Part shown: positions 14,521 through 28,280 of the stretch, one piece after another
Layout of the letters: every line of letters starts with the position of its first letter
Numbering within the stretch: the stretch's first letter is position 1
Origin: Octopus vulgaris
Taxonomy: Eukaryota
DNA: 64,000 nt
Direction: 5' to 3'
Assembly: GCA_951406725.2 (NCBI GenBank)
Contig: OX597833.1
Span: forward strand, 5,518,001-5,582,000
Translations under genes and position numbers: made by a program
The notes under the pieces: generated by a model
What the model saw: only the letters and a program-made list of their open reading frames with translations
Told to the model about the DNA's origin: nothing
Databases searched by the model: none

Positions 14521-14738
14521 GAAATGTTAGCACGCCAGGCGAAATGTGTAGCCGTATTTCGTCCGCCGTTAAGTGTTATGGGTTCCAATTCCTCCGAGGT
14601 CCACTTTGCCTTTCATCCTTTCGGAGTCGATAAATTAAGTACCAGTTACGCACTGGGGTCGATATAATCGACTTAATACCTATGTCTCTCCTTGTTTGTC
14701 CCCTCCATGTTTAGCCCCTTGTGGGTAGTAAAGAAATA
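14521..14738 (+). mobile_element. SINE family B, 16-bp TSD tatatttaagcttaca
   Basis: TSD at 14505-14520 and 14739-14754. Confidence 0.87.
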
Positions 14739-14998
14739 TATATTTAAGCTTACACAGACAAAAACACAGATACAAGAAGGTGATACTGAAACGTTCCTGG
14801 CTTTAAGGGTGTTGCGCAAGGCCTGGTTGAGGCTACAGGGCTGAGAAAAACTGAAGGACTGCTGCAATGTGTTCGTGAATCTGTGAGGGGAATATATTGA
14901 ACAAAAATCATAATTAACTGATCCTCCTGCATTTTCTTTTACCCAAAGCCAGGAAATTAGCACCCCTCATTTCTCTCTCTCTTTCTCTGTGTGTGTGT

Positions 14999-15413
14999 GT
15001 GGCTGTGTGGTAAGAAGCTTGCTAACCAACCACATGGTTCCGGGTTCAGTCCCACTGCGTGGCATCTTGGGCAAGTGTTTTCTGCTATAGCATCGGGCCG
15101 ACCAATGCCTTGTGAGTGGATTTGGTAAACGGAAACTGAAAGAAGCCTGTCGTATATATGTATATATATATATATATGTATGTGTGTGTATATGTTTGCG
15201 TGTCTGTGTTTGTCTCCCTAGCATTGCTTGACAACCGATGCTGGTGTGTTTACGTCCCCGTCACTTAGCGGTTCGGCAAAATAGACTGATAGAATAAGTA
15301 CTGGGCTTACAAAGAATAAGTCCCGGGGTCGATTTGCTCGACTAAAGGCGGTGCTCCAGCATGGCCGCAGTCAAATGACTGAAACAAGTAAAATAGTAAA
15401 AAGGGAGTAAAGA
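14999..15413 (+). mobile_element. SINE family A (tRNA-like head, ccttgggcaagt core, internal (TA)n(TG)n, LINE-like tail)
   Basis: A-box-like ggctgtgtggtaag and B-box-like gggttcagtccc. High identity to several other copies in the window. Confidence 0.88.
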
Positions 15414-15789
15414 GTAGTACACACACACACACACACAATTCGGTGTGCGTTGTGTTTCATTACTGAATAATTGATTATTTCGCACTATTTATGGTCTGAA
15501 ACTGAGTATCACCATTTTGGTTGATAACTGATGAGGAATTAGGGACCCTCTGTGTTTGTCTCCCTTTCTGGTTGTACACTCAGTATACGTTGTGTCGTTT
15601 GTGCCGCCGGGAACGCTACATCATTTGTGTGATAAACATATACAAACATTTCGCACTCACCCACACCCATACGGACACGAAAAGAGGGTCTCATCGACAG
15701 GGAAGCTTCCAATTTTATTCACTATCACCGCCTCTACGACAACCACCACTACTACCGTCACTAAATCACCACCACCACCACCACCACCC

Positions 15790-15853
<64 letters not shown>

Positions 15854-16544
15854 TACTACAACCACCACCACTACCGTCACCAAATCACCACTACTACTAC
15901 TACCACCACCACCAGTGCCACTACAACCACCGCAACCACAACCACCACATCTGCCCTGCTATCACATTTCACTGTCCCACTCTCACCTCACCAACATCCA
16001 CCGGCACCGCTACCACAACCACCACCACCGCCACCACCACCACCGCCGTCTCACTACTACCATATCTCCTAGCCAACACACTAATACACCCCACGAACAC
16101 CACCACCACATTACCCCCGCATCACTTTCCCCACCACCACTGCTACCAACACAATCACCTCCACAACATGTCCCCCACCTCCTTTATTTGTTAGGTTTAA
16201 AGATTCAGGTTTATTTAACCGACTTTTCCAAAGTTATCGGTTCTTTTGATCAACAGATAAACTCGCAAGATGCAGTAAGTAGATTGTTCGAGACACAGCC
16301 TTTACCAGGGCGGTTATGTGGGGTGGATTTTTTTTCTTCGCCACCCGTTTATCAAATTTATATTGTACTATCTCTAGTGTGGCTACCAGAGAGCCAACCC
16401 GACAGGAAACATGTTGCTAACTATAATTTATCTCGCGCGAAATTCTAGAGATGTGTCTGAGATATTAGTGAACTTAATATAAGGGTGACTTATTGGGCAG
16501 ATATAATAATCGGTGTTACTATACAATCCATGTTGATCTGTGTG

Positions 16545-16625
<81 letters not shown>

Positions 16626-16627
<2 letters not shown>

Positions 16628-17148
16628 CATCAACTTCAAGTATCACTTGAAGAGGAAAGTGAGAGTAGAGAGGCAAGTTTTGTCTAGTGAATGTTTAAGA
16701 AAAAGATGGGTGAATGTAGCAAGGATGGCACGTATGAATGACGAAGCCACCTTGACTATGATTCTATGAACCGTAAAAATTAATACAGAGAGTTGCTTAT
16801 TTGCAAAAAAAAAAAAAAAGAAATATAACATGTGACTTCATTGACCGAGGTTACCGTGGTCTTTTCCGTAGGCTTTTCTTTCCACGGGTAAACCTCACCT
16901 GTCCTCCTCTTTACACTTCATATTGACATTTCTGTGATAACGATCCCTATTGATCAATTTTTTTCCTTTCCCTCCCCCCCACTTTAAACAAATTTTTTAT
17001 TTGATCCCCCCCTTTTTTGTCCTCTTTCTTTCCATTTACGATCCCTTTTGATCGAAAACCAAACTCCCCTATTTTACCCCCAAAAGAAAAGCTCTACCTT
17101 GTAATTTTGTCCTGTCTGTGTGCAGCCCTGTGTGGCTAATAAAGAAAC
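16626..17148 (+). mobile_element. 5'-truncated Tx1/L1-like LINE 3' end inserted in a (TATC)n microsatellite
   Basis: ORF end FKYHLKRKVRVERQVLSSECLRKRW...* (stop 16767-16769) resembles Tx1-type ORF2 C-termini. A pyrimidine-rich 3'UTR ends ccctgtgtggctaataaagaaa. (TCTA)n on both flanks. Confidence 0.6.
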
Positions 17149-17832
17149 ATATCTATCTATCTATCTACATTCATACATATGTATAAATTCGGTTCTAATG
17201 AAGAGCGGAGAAAACTTTTATGAGACAAGTCGTCATGCGAGCGATGAGGGAGTAATGCGTATAAAGACAGAACAACAAACTCGCTTTTGATTTGCTACGG
17301 CAGAAATAATCTAAAATTCCATTTCAAAAGTCTGCCAGATTCTTACTATATTTTTGGTTTTTAATTTCTATGAATGGAATTCTTTCAAGTTTAAAACAGC
17401 TGTATTGGAATAAAACATCTGTTTGTATCTCAGGCACACACGCTGTAGCGCAGACACAGATAAACAGACGTAAACACACGTACCTGCATAAATGAGTGTG
17501 CACGTATGTGTGTGTGTATGTGTGTGTATGTGTGTGTGTGTGTGTGCGCGTATTCCTACATGAATATATGTATGTGAATATATATATATATATAAACACA
17601 CACACACACACACACACACATACACACACACAGACACACACATATACACACACACACACACAGACACACATACACAGAGGCGTGTGTGTGTGGGGATCAA
17701 TTGATGTTAGTGAATTGTAGCCATCAGCTATTTTTCAGTTAGGATGTATCCATCAGCGTCACCACCACTACCATCATCATCATCATCACCATCAACATCA
17801 CCATCATCATAATTATCATCATCATCATCATC

Positions 17833-17871
<39 letters not shown>

Positions 17872-18756
17872 GTCGTCGTGGTGGTCGTCAACAACATCAT
17901 AATTATCATCACACGTTCGTTGAAAGGATGCGCCACCTACGCAAGAAGTGTCAAGATAAAAACGGTCTAGAAGTTGGCATTCTATCCTGGATGTGTGTGC
18001 GTGTATATGTATATATACATATGTGTGTGTGTGTATGTATATGTCTGTTGATGTGCGTATATATATACATACATACACAGACACACACACACATATATGT
18101 ATTATATATATATATATATGTGCATTGTATAGATATAGACACATGTATGTTTGTGTGTGTGCGTGTGAATGAGTGTGTGTATTAACATCCATACACATAC
18201 CATCTAATGCCCCCTCCCACCGCCTTCAAATATCTTGAACTAAATCCACCCCAAAAATAATATAGATAAAAGAAGAAATACCCCAAATAGATTTCAATCA
18301 GTGGCAACGGTATTTAGAGCAGAAACATATAATATTGGATGGATTTGGTTGATCCCTACTGAGCCAGGTGCTGAGTTTGATTTTGGGGTAAAGGTAAAAG
18401 TGCTGAAGGCCACGTGTTTAAACAAGGGTGACAAGTGCATCCTACATTCGTATTGCAAGGCATCGCAGGTCGGTGGTGAGTTATATAGAGATGACGGGTA
18501 AGCTTGGACCTCTGCAAAAGAAGCGCCAGAAGAGAATTCCTGAGACTTTTATGTATGTATGTGTGTGTGCGTACGTGTAGACCACCAGGCAGAAGATAGA
18601 CTGTTTTTACTTCAAATTTTTCAACATTTTTTAATAAATTTCTACTTATATTTGATACGATGAAATACCTCGAAACTGGTAATATTAATATTTTTATTTA
18701 TATAATCTTTTATTAAATTCCGTCTTAAACTGAAATATCTTAATTCTCTACTATTT

Positions 18757-18795
<39 letters not shown>

Positions 18796-18803
<8 letters not shown>

Positions 18804-19128
18804 AAACACCTTTTATCAATTCAAAATGAACAATTAAATTACACCATCTAGAAAATTACATATAATAGAAATATTAAAATTAAAATAACAATAATATACC
18901 GATGATTAATTAAATTGCAAAATATATAATAAAAATAAAAACGTATATATAATAAAAACGTATATAATAAAATCCGAAAATATACGTTTTTATTATCATT
19001 TTGCAATCTACTTAATCATCGGTATATTATTGTTATATTAATTTTAATATTTCTATTATATGTAATTTTCTAGATGGTGTAATTTAATTGTTCATTTTGA
19101 ATTGATAAAAAGGTGGGGTTTTTTTCTA

Positions 19129-19130
<2 letters not shown>
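18796..19130. repeat. Near-perfect AT-rich palindrome (~150-bp arms) between (TA)n arrays
   Basis: caccttttatcaattcaaaatgaacaattaaattacaccatctagaaaattacatataatagaaat... is mirrored by ...atttctattatatgtaattttctagatggtgtaatttaattgttcattttgaattgataaaaaggtg. A single arm recurs at about 50920-51002. Confidence 0.9.
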
Positions 19131-19214
<84 letters not shown>

Positions 19215-19313
19215 CCTGTTTCCGACGAATAGCTCCGTGAAATTTGATTTAGTATTTCTAAATAATACTGAATTTTTCCCTGTAAGCGTTAGGGAATAAT
19301 ATTCCCTTAATAG

Positions 19314-19349
<36 letters not shown>

Positions 19350-19925
19350 TTGGGGGGAAGAGAGAACTGCACCAGTACGCGGGTGGTTTTCAGTAACGGA
19401 CGAATAGATTGAAGTAATGTGAAATAAAGTGTCTTGTCTAAGGATGCAATACTCGACCTGAAGCAGGAATTAAAACCACGATGTTCTGCCCATAAGCCGA
19501 GCACCTTAAACACTTGGCAACGCGCCTTAACAAAGAATGTTGACAGAACCCATTATCAGAATCAAGCATTTTACCCCTCAATCAATCTTGTTAACGTATT
19601 TGATCTTTACGTAGACACGCTTTCACAGGAAACAAGTAAGGAATATGGCTTTGACGTTTGTGCTTCTCTAAAGAAAATAAATATGACATGGTTGTTATAA
19701 AGAATGGTCTGTATAGAGAAGGACAAACTTGGTCGTCGACTGGAAGAATAAACCAATTTCAAACTTAGAAACTCAAGAGATTTTTTTTACCAGTTACTTT
19801 TTTTTTATATATAAAAAATTTCCTCTCTTATTTTTGTAAATTTTTAAACTTTAGATTTCAGTTCCAGTTACCAACACTCGGCCTTTCTTTCTTACTCCCT
19901 GTCTTTCTTTCTTTCTTTCTTTCTT

Positions 19926-19997
<72 letters not shown>

Positions 19998-20085
19998 TTT
20001 TCTTTCTTTCTGTCTTTCTTTATTCTCTGCCGTTTTTCATCTTCCTCGACTAATCTCTCTCATATCCTTTCTCTCTCTCCACACA

Positions 20086-20127
<42 letters not shown>

Positions 20128-20645
20128 AACACACACACACAAACACAAACACACACAGAGGTCCACCCATACATATATCTGTGTATATTCAATCGTATAT
20201 AATTTCACCTCTCTTTCTCTCGCTCTTTCCTTTAATGTTTGTATATGTGTGTGTGTGTGTATGTCTGTGTGTCTGTGTGTATATATATTCTTTTATTCTT
20301 TTACTTGTTTCAGTTATTTGACTGCGGCCATACTGGAGCATCGCCTTAAACATATATATGTACTTATAAACATTCTTATATATCCTTATATTTTCTCCTC
20401 CCCCCTCTCTTTTTCTCCCTCCCCCCATCTACACAATATTTCTCTTTCACACAACAGTCTGCAGGTAAAAGCTCCAAGGAACGAAACATAAATTGCTTCC
20501 ATGAATGTAGACAAATGCCTCACGCCGTGTATACACACCCTCGGGGGACATGCAACAGACACAGAACCAGCGTACCGTGATTGCTGCGAGGGTATCATAT
20601 AACGAGTAGTAGTAGTAGTAGTAGTAGTAGAAGAAGCAGCAGTTT

Positions 20646-20685
<40 letters not shown>

Positions 20686-21004
20686 TTAGTAGCGCACTCC
20701 CTCGTACACACGTACATGCAGGTTCGCAGTGTCAGAAAAGCTCGAGTACAGAGAAAGCCACACATATATATGTATGTATGCATGTGTATGTATGTATGTA
20801 CATGTGTATACGCATACACATACACACACATTGGATATAACGGAACAGTATATGCATCCTCCCCCAAAATATATATATACATGTAGAAAAATTCATAGTT
20901 ATGTATATACATATATACATGTATGTATGTATATATATATATGTGTGTGTGCGTGTATGTTAGTATGAATGTATGTTTATCTTTCTATCTTTTTACTTTT
21001 TTAA

Positions 21005-21112
21005 TATTTTCTGTGATATACGATCCCTTTTGATCATAATTCTGTTTCTCCTTTTTTTTTTTTTTACTATTTTGTCCCCTCAATGTTCGGCCCTGTGTGG
21101 CTAATAAAGAAA
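21005..21112 (+). mobile_element. Second, shorter 3'UTR fragment of the same Tx1-like family, followed by (TATC)n
   Basis: Shares ttctgtgata-acgatccct-ttgatc and ccctgtgtggctaataaagaaa with 16921-17148. Confidence 0.65.
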
Positions 21113-21113
21113 C

Positions 21114-21174
<61 letters not shown>

Positions 21175-22466
21175 CTCTCGGTCTCTCCCTCTTCTCTCTC
21201 TCCATGCTGTATACGCATAGACTAAAGTATTGTAAAACAACGAGAAAGTGTCTGTTTGCTCTGGCGAAAGGTGAGACATTACAAGGTTACCCCACCCAAC
21301 CGCACCACCAAAACAGCAGTTTATCGTAATTGCAATATTTATCTCTACACCAACAGTTTTTTTTTCTTTTCTGGTTTCCTTTTCTTTTTTTTTTTCTTTC
21401 TCTGAAGTAGAGAAATGTCGTGTAAACATTAACAAACCCATGTCTATTTCGTCGGCTGTTTTTGGCGCGTCTAGTTCCCTGTTTGTCAATTAATTCCCGC
21501 CGAAACGCCACAGGGACGTGTGAAATACATTTCAATTAAATTAAGTTTGTTTTATGTAAACATATATAAACATGTGTAAATCGGGCCAAGATCGAATTTC
21601 CCTGTTGTGGCAAACCTCAGGCAATAATTTGGCGGAATCAAATATGTCGGGAAGGGCGAGGTTTCTCTTGGTTTCCTACCACACGAAGTGTAACACTGGG
21701 GATAGAGGGGTGGGTGGCATTTATCTTATTTTTAATTAATTTTTTTAATTACTTAATGACGCCCTGGCAGAATCGTTAGCAGGCTGCACAAAATGCTTAG
21801 TAGCATTTAAGTTCTTCCGAGTTCAAATTCCCCCGAGGTCGGCTTTGACTTTTATCCTTCCCGTGTAAATGAAATAAATACCAGTTAGGCACTGGGGTCG
21901 ATTTAATTAGCTAATCCCCACATTAAGAAAAAAAGACACAAAACAAAAGCAAAAGAAAAAAAAATCAGGCCTTTATAAGTTCAAACCCCGCCGAGGTTTA
22001 TGCTATTTATTCTTCCGAGGTCGATAAAATTTAGTACCAGTCTTGTACTGGGGTCAATGACATCGTCGAACCCTTTATCTTCAAAATCGCAGGGCTTTGC
22101 ACCAAAAAACAGAAAGCATTGATGAATTTCCGAGGCAGCGAGTTGGCAGAATCGGAAGAGTATCGGCAAAAATATTTTGCTGTCTCTATTCTATAATTTA
22201 TGGGTTCAATTTCCGCCGAGGTCAACTTTGTGTTTTAACGTTCCGTGGGCGATAAAATAACGTACGGACCAAATGCTGGGGTCCATGGCACAGTCTAAGA
22301 CCTCGTCCTAAAACTTACTGGCGTTGTGTTTAAATCAGAAATCTATTAATCGATTAATTACTGAGCAGCGAAACGGCAGGGTCGTTAGGAAGTTGGAAAA
22401 TATGCATTGCGGTCAATTTACTGTGTGGGTTCACGTCACGCCGAGGCCAACTTTACCGAGATCGAT

Positions 22467-22506
<40 letters not shown>

Positions 22507-22816
22507 CAAAAACAAACAGTAAAAACAAACGGTGAGGGCTGTTAAGCCATAACGAAGTGAAGAAATGAACGCTGGAGAAAGGAGCTATGACAGGAGACAG
22601 GGAAAAGTAGGTCTTATCTCTTGTAAAGCGAGAGGAAAAAAGAAGGATAGCCGCTGGTCACATGTGAGCAACGAGAGAATCAAGGACGAAGAGTGTGCCT
22701 GAGTGTATTTTGAATGCATTTATATGCACATTTTAGATCATTGTGCAATAAATATAAACGAAATTCACCTCTCATTCTTTCTCTCTCTCTTTCTCTCACA
22801 CACACACATGTAAATG

Positions 22817-22840
<24 letters not shown>

Positions 22841-22848
<8 letters not shown>

Positions 22849-22894
22849 TAAGTAGATTTGCAAGTAGATTTGATAAATGAAGTCTGTATGGAAT

Positions 22895-22987
<93 letters not shown>

Positions 22988-23038
22988 TAATAAGTAGATT
23001 TGCAAGTAGATTTGATAAATGAAGTCTGTATGGAATCC

Positions 23039-23113
<75 letters not shown>

Positions 23114-23165
23114 TAATAAGTAGATTTGCAAGTAGATTTGATAAATGAAGTCTGTATGGAATCCC

Positions 23166-23199
<34 letters not shown>

Positions 23200-23200
23200 G
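22841..23200. repeat. Three tandem copies of a ~55-bp unit separated by (TA)n(CA)n
   Basis: cactaataagtagatttgcaagtagatttgataaatgaagtctgtatggaatcc x3. Confidence 0.9.
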
Positions 23201-23673
23201 ACACTGTTGCACCATCGGAACAGGCATTATTTTCGTAGATTCTACATAAATACATGGACGTCTTCAGTAAATATTTCTCTCCTTTTTCTCTTTCCCTCCT
23301 TCTCTGAATCTTTTTTCTTTCTACCTCGTTTTCTTTCAATCCCTCTGTCTAGCATTCCCTCCGCCTCACTTCCCCCAATCTTTTACACTGCACTCACCAA
23401 CAAACGTCGATACTTCAAGCTGATAACTCTGTGATGTCGGGTCTAAAACATTCAAACACAATTCTGAAATTACCAGCCTGAGGGAATTCAAAATATTCTT
23501 TTAGATTTCCTCAAACAAAGAGTGTTTTGTTGTTCTTCATAACTGCCTATGGCTTTGCACAAAACGTGAATAGATTCTTTACATATAATCTTGTCTAAAA
23601 ACAGACTTTATATTTACAAAAATATAAAAAAATAGAACTTACATGCACATTAACGTACGTGAATATATACATC

Positions 23674-23706
<33 letters not shown>

Positions 23707-24294
23707 ATCAAAAACCGTTGGATTCACTTCAACATTTAAATTTAATTTGTCAAAATATTTTCGTCGCTTTGAAACCGCGACCTTTTCACTGACAAAATTC
23801 CGTGCTGCATCTATATCGTCGCTGCTATTATGTTAAACTGTCGTATGTCCAAATTTGGCCAAATGCATTTTTTCTTTTCAATATTTATTTTTGCTTGCAA
23901 CAGGCAGTTCTTTTGGTCAAGCGATCGTATCTCTTGCTGCTTCAAATGCTAAGATATCAAGAAATGTCTGTGTAGTACAACGGTTTTGCTATGGAATGGT
24001 GAAACTATTGGCACCAGAGACGTCGCAACTCATTTCTACAGCCGAGTGAACTGGAGCAACGTGGAATAAAGTTCCATCAACCAAATCCACTTACGAAGCT
24101 TTGGTTGGTCTGAAGCTGCAGTAGAAAATACTTGCCCAGTGTGTCACGCAGTGGAACTGATCCCGGAACCGTACGGACAGGCAGCAAACTTCTTAACAGA
24201 ATGGATAAAATAAATATTATTAAGCAACACTGCCCTCTGCCGTATGATGATTGCCAGGTCACAAATACTCGACTTCAGTGTATCTAGTAAATCC

Positions 24295-24678
24295 GTGGAG
24301 GTGCAATGGCCCAGTGGTTAGGGCAGCGGACTCGCGGTCGTAGGATCGCGGTTTCGATTCCCAGACTGGGCGTTGTGAGTGTTTATTGAGCGAAAACACC
24401 TAAAGCTCCACGAGGCTCCGGCAGGGGATGGAGGTGATCCCTGCTGTACTCTTTCACCACAACTTTCTCTCACTCTTACTTCCTGTTTCTGTTGTACCTG
24501 TATTTCAAAGGGCCGGCCTTGTCACTCTCTGTGTCACGCTGAATATCCCCGAGAACTACGTTAAGGGTACAGGTGTCTGTGGAGTGCTCAGCCACTTACA
24601 CGTTAATTTCACGAGCAGGCTGTTCTGTTGATTCGGATCAACTGGAACCCTCGTCGTCGTAACCGACGGAGTGCTTCC
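24295..24678 (+). mobile_element. SINE family C, tail type 3, 13-bp TSD atctagtaaatcc
   Basis: TSD at 24282-24294 and 24679-24691. Confidence 0.87.
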
Positions 24679-24955
24679 ATCTAGTAAATCCAAATGTTGA
24701 CAAGTTTTGGCCCTTCTGTTTTTATGAGGTCACGATTTGTTAAAACCCATTTCCTTCATCGCCCTGTGAAACTATATACCGTCTAATAAACAATGATAAG
24801 TGGTGACCTCTCTTCTTGTAAACTCTAGCTGTGAAGATATCTTCGCTAAAAGAGGAATCACCTTTCGCCTTTTATGGAAACTAAATGTTGAACTGTCATT
24901 CTTAACACTCGCGTTTATAGAGCTACGTAAAAAGGGACGACGAACTGGTATTGTT

Positions 24956-25153
24956 GGCGAGCTGGCAGAAACGTTAGCACGCCGGGCGAAATACTTAGCG
25001 CTTTGAGTTCAAATTCCGCCGAGGTCGACTTTGCCTTTCATCCTTTCAGGGTCAATTAAATAAGTACAAGTTACGCACTGGGGGTCGATATAATCGACTT
25101 AATCCGTTTGTCTGTCCTCTCTGTGTTAGCCTCTTGTGGGTAGTAAAGAAATA
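24956..25153 (+). mobile_element. SINE family B, TSD ggtattgtt
   Basis: TSD at 24947-24955 and 25154-25162. Confidence 0.85.
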
Positions 25154-25419
25154 GGTATTGTTAGAAGGGAGGACAAAATGGTTGGCAGTGTTTGTTCCTT
25201 GTCCCTGAGTTCAAATCCTTGGGATGCCGACTTCGCTGTTCATCTTTTCAGGCTCGCCAGAATAAGGTACTAGTCTAATACAGGGGCCAGTATATTACTT
25301 AATACGCGTGCGCGATTGAGTGTATACGTATGTGTATGTATAAATATTCATACATACATACATATATATATATATGTGTGTGTGTATGTGTGTATATATA
25401 TATATATATATACATATAG

Positions 25420-25622
25420 TTAATCCAAACAAGAAAACACAAAAGCCAAAAAAAACACAACGCGAGGACGTGGAACAAATAAAGTATTATTGGACGCTAA
25501 GGAAAGAAGGGAAGAAGGAGGGTTTAACGTTTCGAGCGGAGCTCTTCGTCGGAAACATAGGAGAAGGAAAGATCCCGAGAAGGGAAGACAGAGGAAAAAA
25601 ATCGCCAGCGGTACTCACGAGG

Positions 25623-25625
<3 letters not shown>
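25420..25625 (-). mobile_element. Penelope-like element terminal-repeat fragment with a minimal hammerhead-like motif
   Basis: Reverse strand gtttCCGACGAaGAGCtccGCTCGAAACGTtaaac at 25522-25556, in a repeat-like context flanked by microsatellites. Confidence 0.55.
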
Positions 25626-25673
<48 letters not shown>

Positions 25674-26069
25674 CATACATACTAACGCGCGCACACACAC
25701 ATAAGTCGAGAGGGAGAGAAAGAAAGAAAGAAAGAAAGAAACAGAGAGAGAGAGAGAGAGAGAGAGATTTCTTCATCTTCATTTTTTTTCTTTTCCTCAT
25801 TGAAAACCAATTAAATTTCAATTTGATTAGTTTGACAAGAAGCTTAATCCAATGAGCGCCCGGATTAGTTTGAGATCCCTACACTTAATCCAGACACGAT
25901 GAATGATTGATACGTTGACATTTAGCGAATTCATGGGGCCACATTGGTGGGACGGTGACCATAATTAATTTCGTAGAGTAACGGTGGTACAAGTCGGATG
26001 GGGGGGCTGACATAGAAGCCGCGGCGGGAGGGACCTGGTGGTGTCGGGCAACTACTACTGCTACTACTA

Positions 26070-26102
<33 letters not shown>

Positions 26103-26127
26103 ATACCACTACTTCTGCTGCTGCTGA

Positions 26128-26179
<52 letters not shown>

Positions 26180-26190
26180 GCTGCTGCTGA

Positions 26191-26251
<61 letters not shown>

Positions 26252-26262
26252 GCTGCTGCTGA

Positions 26263-26308
<46 letters not shown>

Positions 26309-26897
26309 GCTGCCGCTGCTGCTGCTGCTGCTGCTGTTGCTGCTGGTGTAGTATGTGGTGTTCGTTTATTACGTTGATTCCTTCACTTGCTTTACTCTTT
26401 TCTATTATCATTTCATTTTTCCTTGAAGGCTGAAAGGCGAAGTAGACTTCCGTAGGATTTGAACTCAGGGCGTAAGAAACCGAAACAAGTATTGTAGGGC
26501 ATTTTGGGCGACTTATCTATTCACATGTAGACGTATACATGCATACTCCCCCTCTCGCCACACAATTATTTTAATGCTACGAAAGTACCATTAATTCTTT
26601 AAAGTCATTCGATTTCTCTCAACTAATCAATAAACCGATAGAGTAAACCTGTCAGCAACGAACCTTTAATGACTACTGGAAACAGCTGCAAGCCAAAAGT
26701 ATCGCCCGGTCCAGGAATGGAAATCACAATCTTACGAACTTGGCTGCGGCATCTTACCCAAAACGCACTGGCACACACACTGCATATGTATGCATATACG
26801 CCATCTATTTGCATATATACATGTGTGCATCCATCCATCCATCCATCTATCTATCTATCTATCTGTCTGTCTTTCTGTCTGTCTATCTGTCTGCCTG

Positions 26898-26953
<56 letters not shown>

Positions 26954-26969
26954 CCTATCTATCTGGCTG

Positions 26970-27015
<46 letters not shown>

Positions 27016-27051
27016 CATCTATATATCCATCTATCTATCCATCTATCTCTG

Positions 27052-27114
<63 letters not shown>

Positions 27115-27429
27115 ATGTGTGCGTATATGAGTGTCTGCATAATTGCTACCTCTTTGAATGGTTCAATCACTATCTCTCTTCTCACACACACACACACCCA
27201 TACACCCATTCATATCAAAGAAGATCTAATTCGGTAGCAGCAGCAGCAGCAGCAGCAGTAGTAGTGGTAATACCCTCGATGGCACCTTATGCCGTTCGTA
27301 TATCAAAAGCCTAGACATGTTGCAGGTGTGCAGCGCTAGCTAACCTTTACGTCCTGTCAAATCTCTCGCATACCTAACATAGCTTACACACATGTGCAGC
27401 GCCAACTATGCACCCAACCAGCCGACACA

Positions 27430-27900
<471 letters not shown>

Positions 27901-28052
27901 GGGGGGAAGCTGATTGTGTCAAAGGGTACGTTGAAAGATACCCGGCTTTCATCGTCGCATTCGTGGTTCGACATTTCTTATCTATCATCCATCACGACGT
28001 AATTTTAGTTATTCGCACCGATTGCTTGCCTAATACCGTCAATAAGATTCCG

Positions 28053-28054
28053 CT

Positions 28055-28113
<59 letters not shown>

Positions 28114-28207
28114 GATGGCGGTGGCTGTAATGATGGTACTATTATCGCAGAAGTGATGATGGTGGTTGCTGTAGAAGTAGTGGTGGTGGTGTCGATGGCT
28201 GTAGTAT

Positions 28208-28280
<73 letters not shown>

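Noticed and set aside
18302-18497. Possible + strand exon (ATVFRAETYNIGW...) with gtaagc donor
   Set aside because: Ends in phase 2, incompatible with the Shisa ectodomain exon; weak acceptor; no recognisable domain; may be decayed repeat.
22841-23200. CRISPR-like array
   Set aside because: Eukaryotic context, spacers are pure microsatellite, no cas genes.
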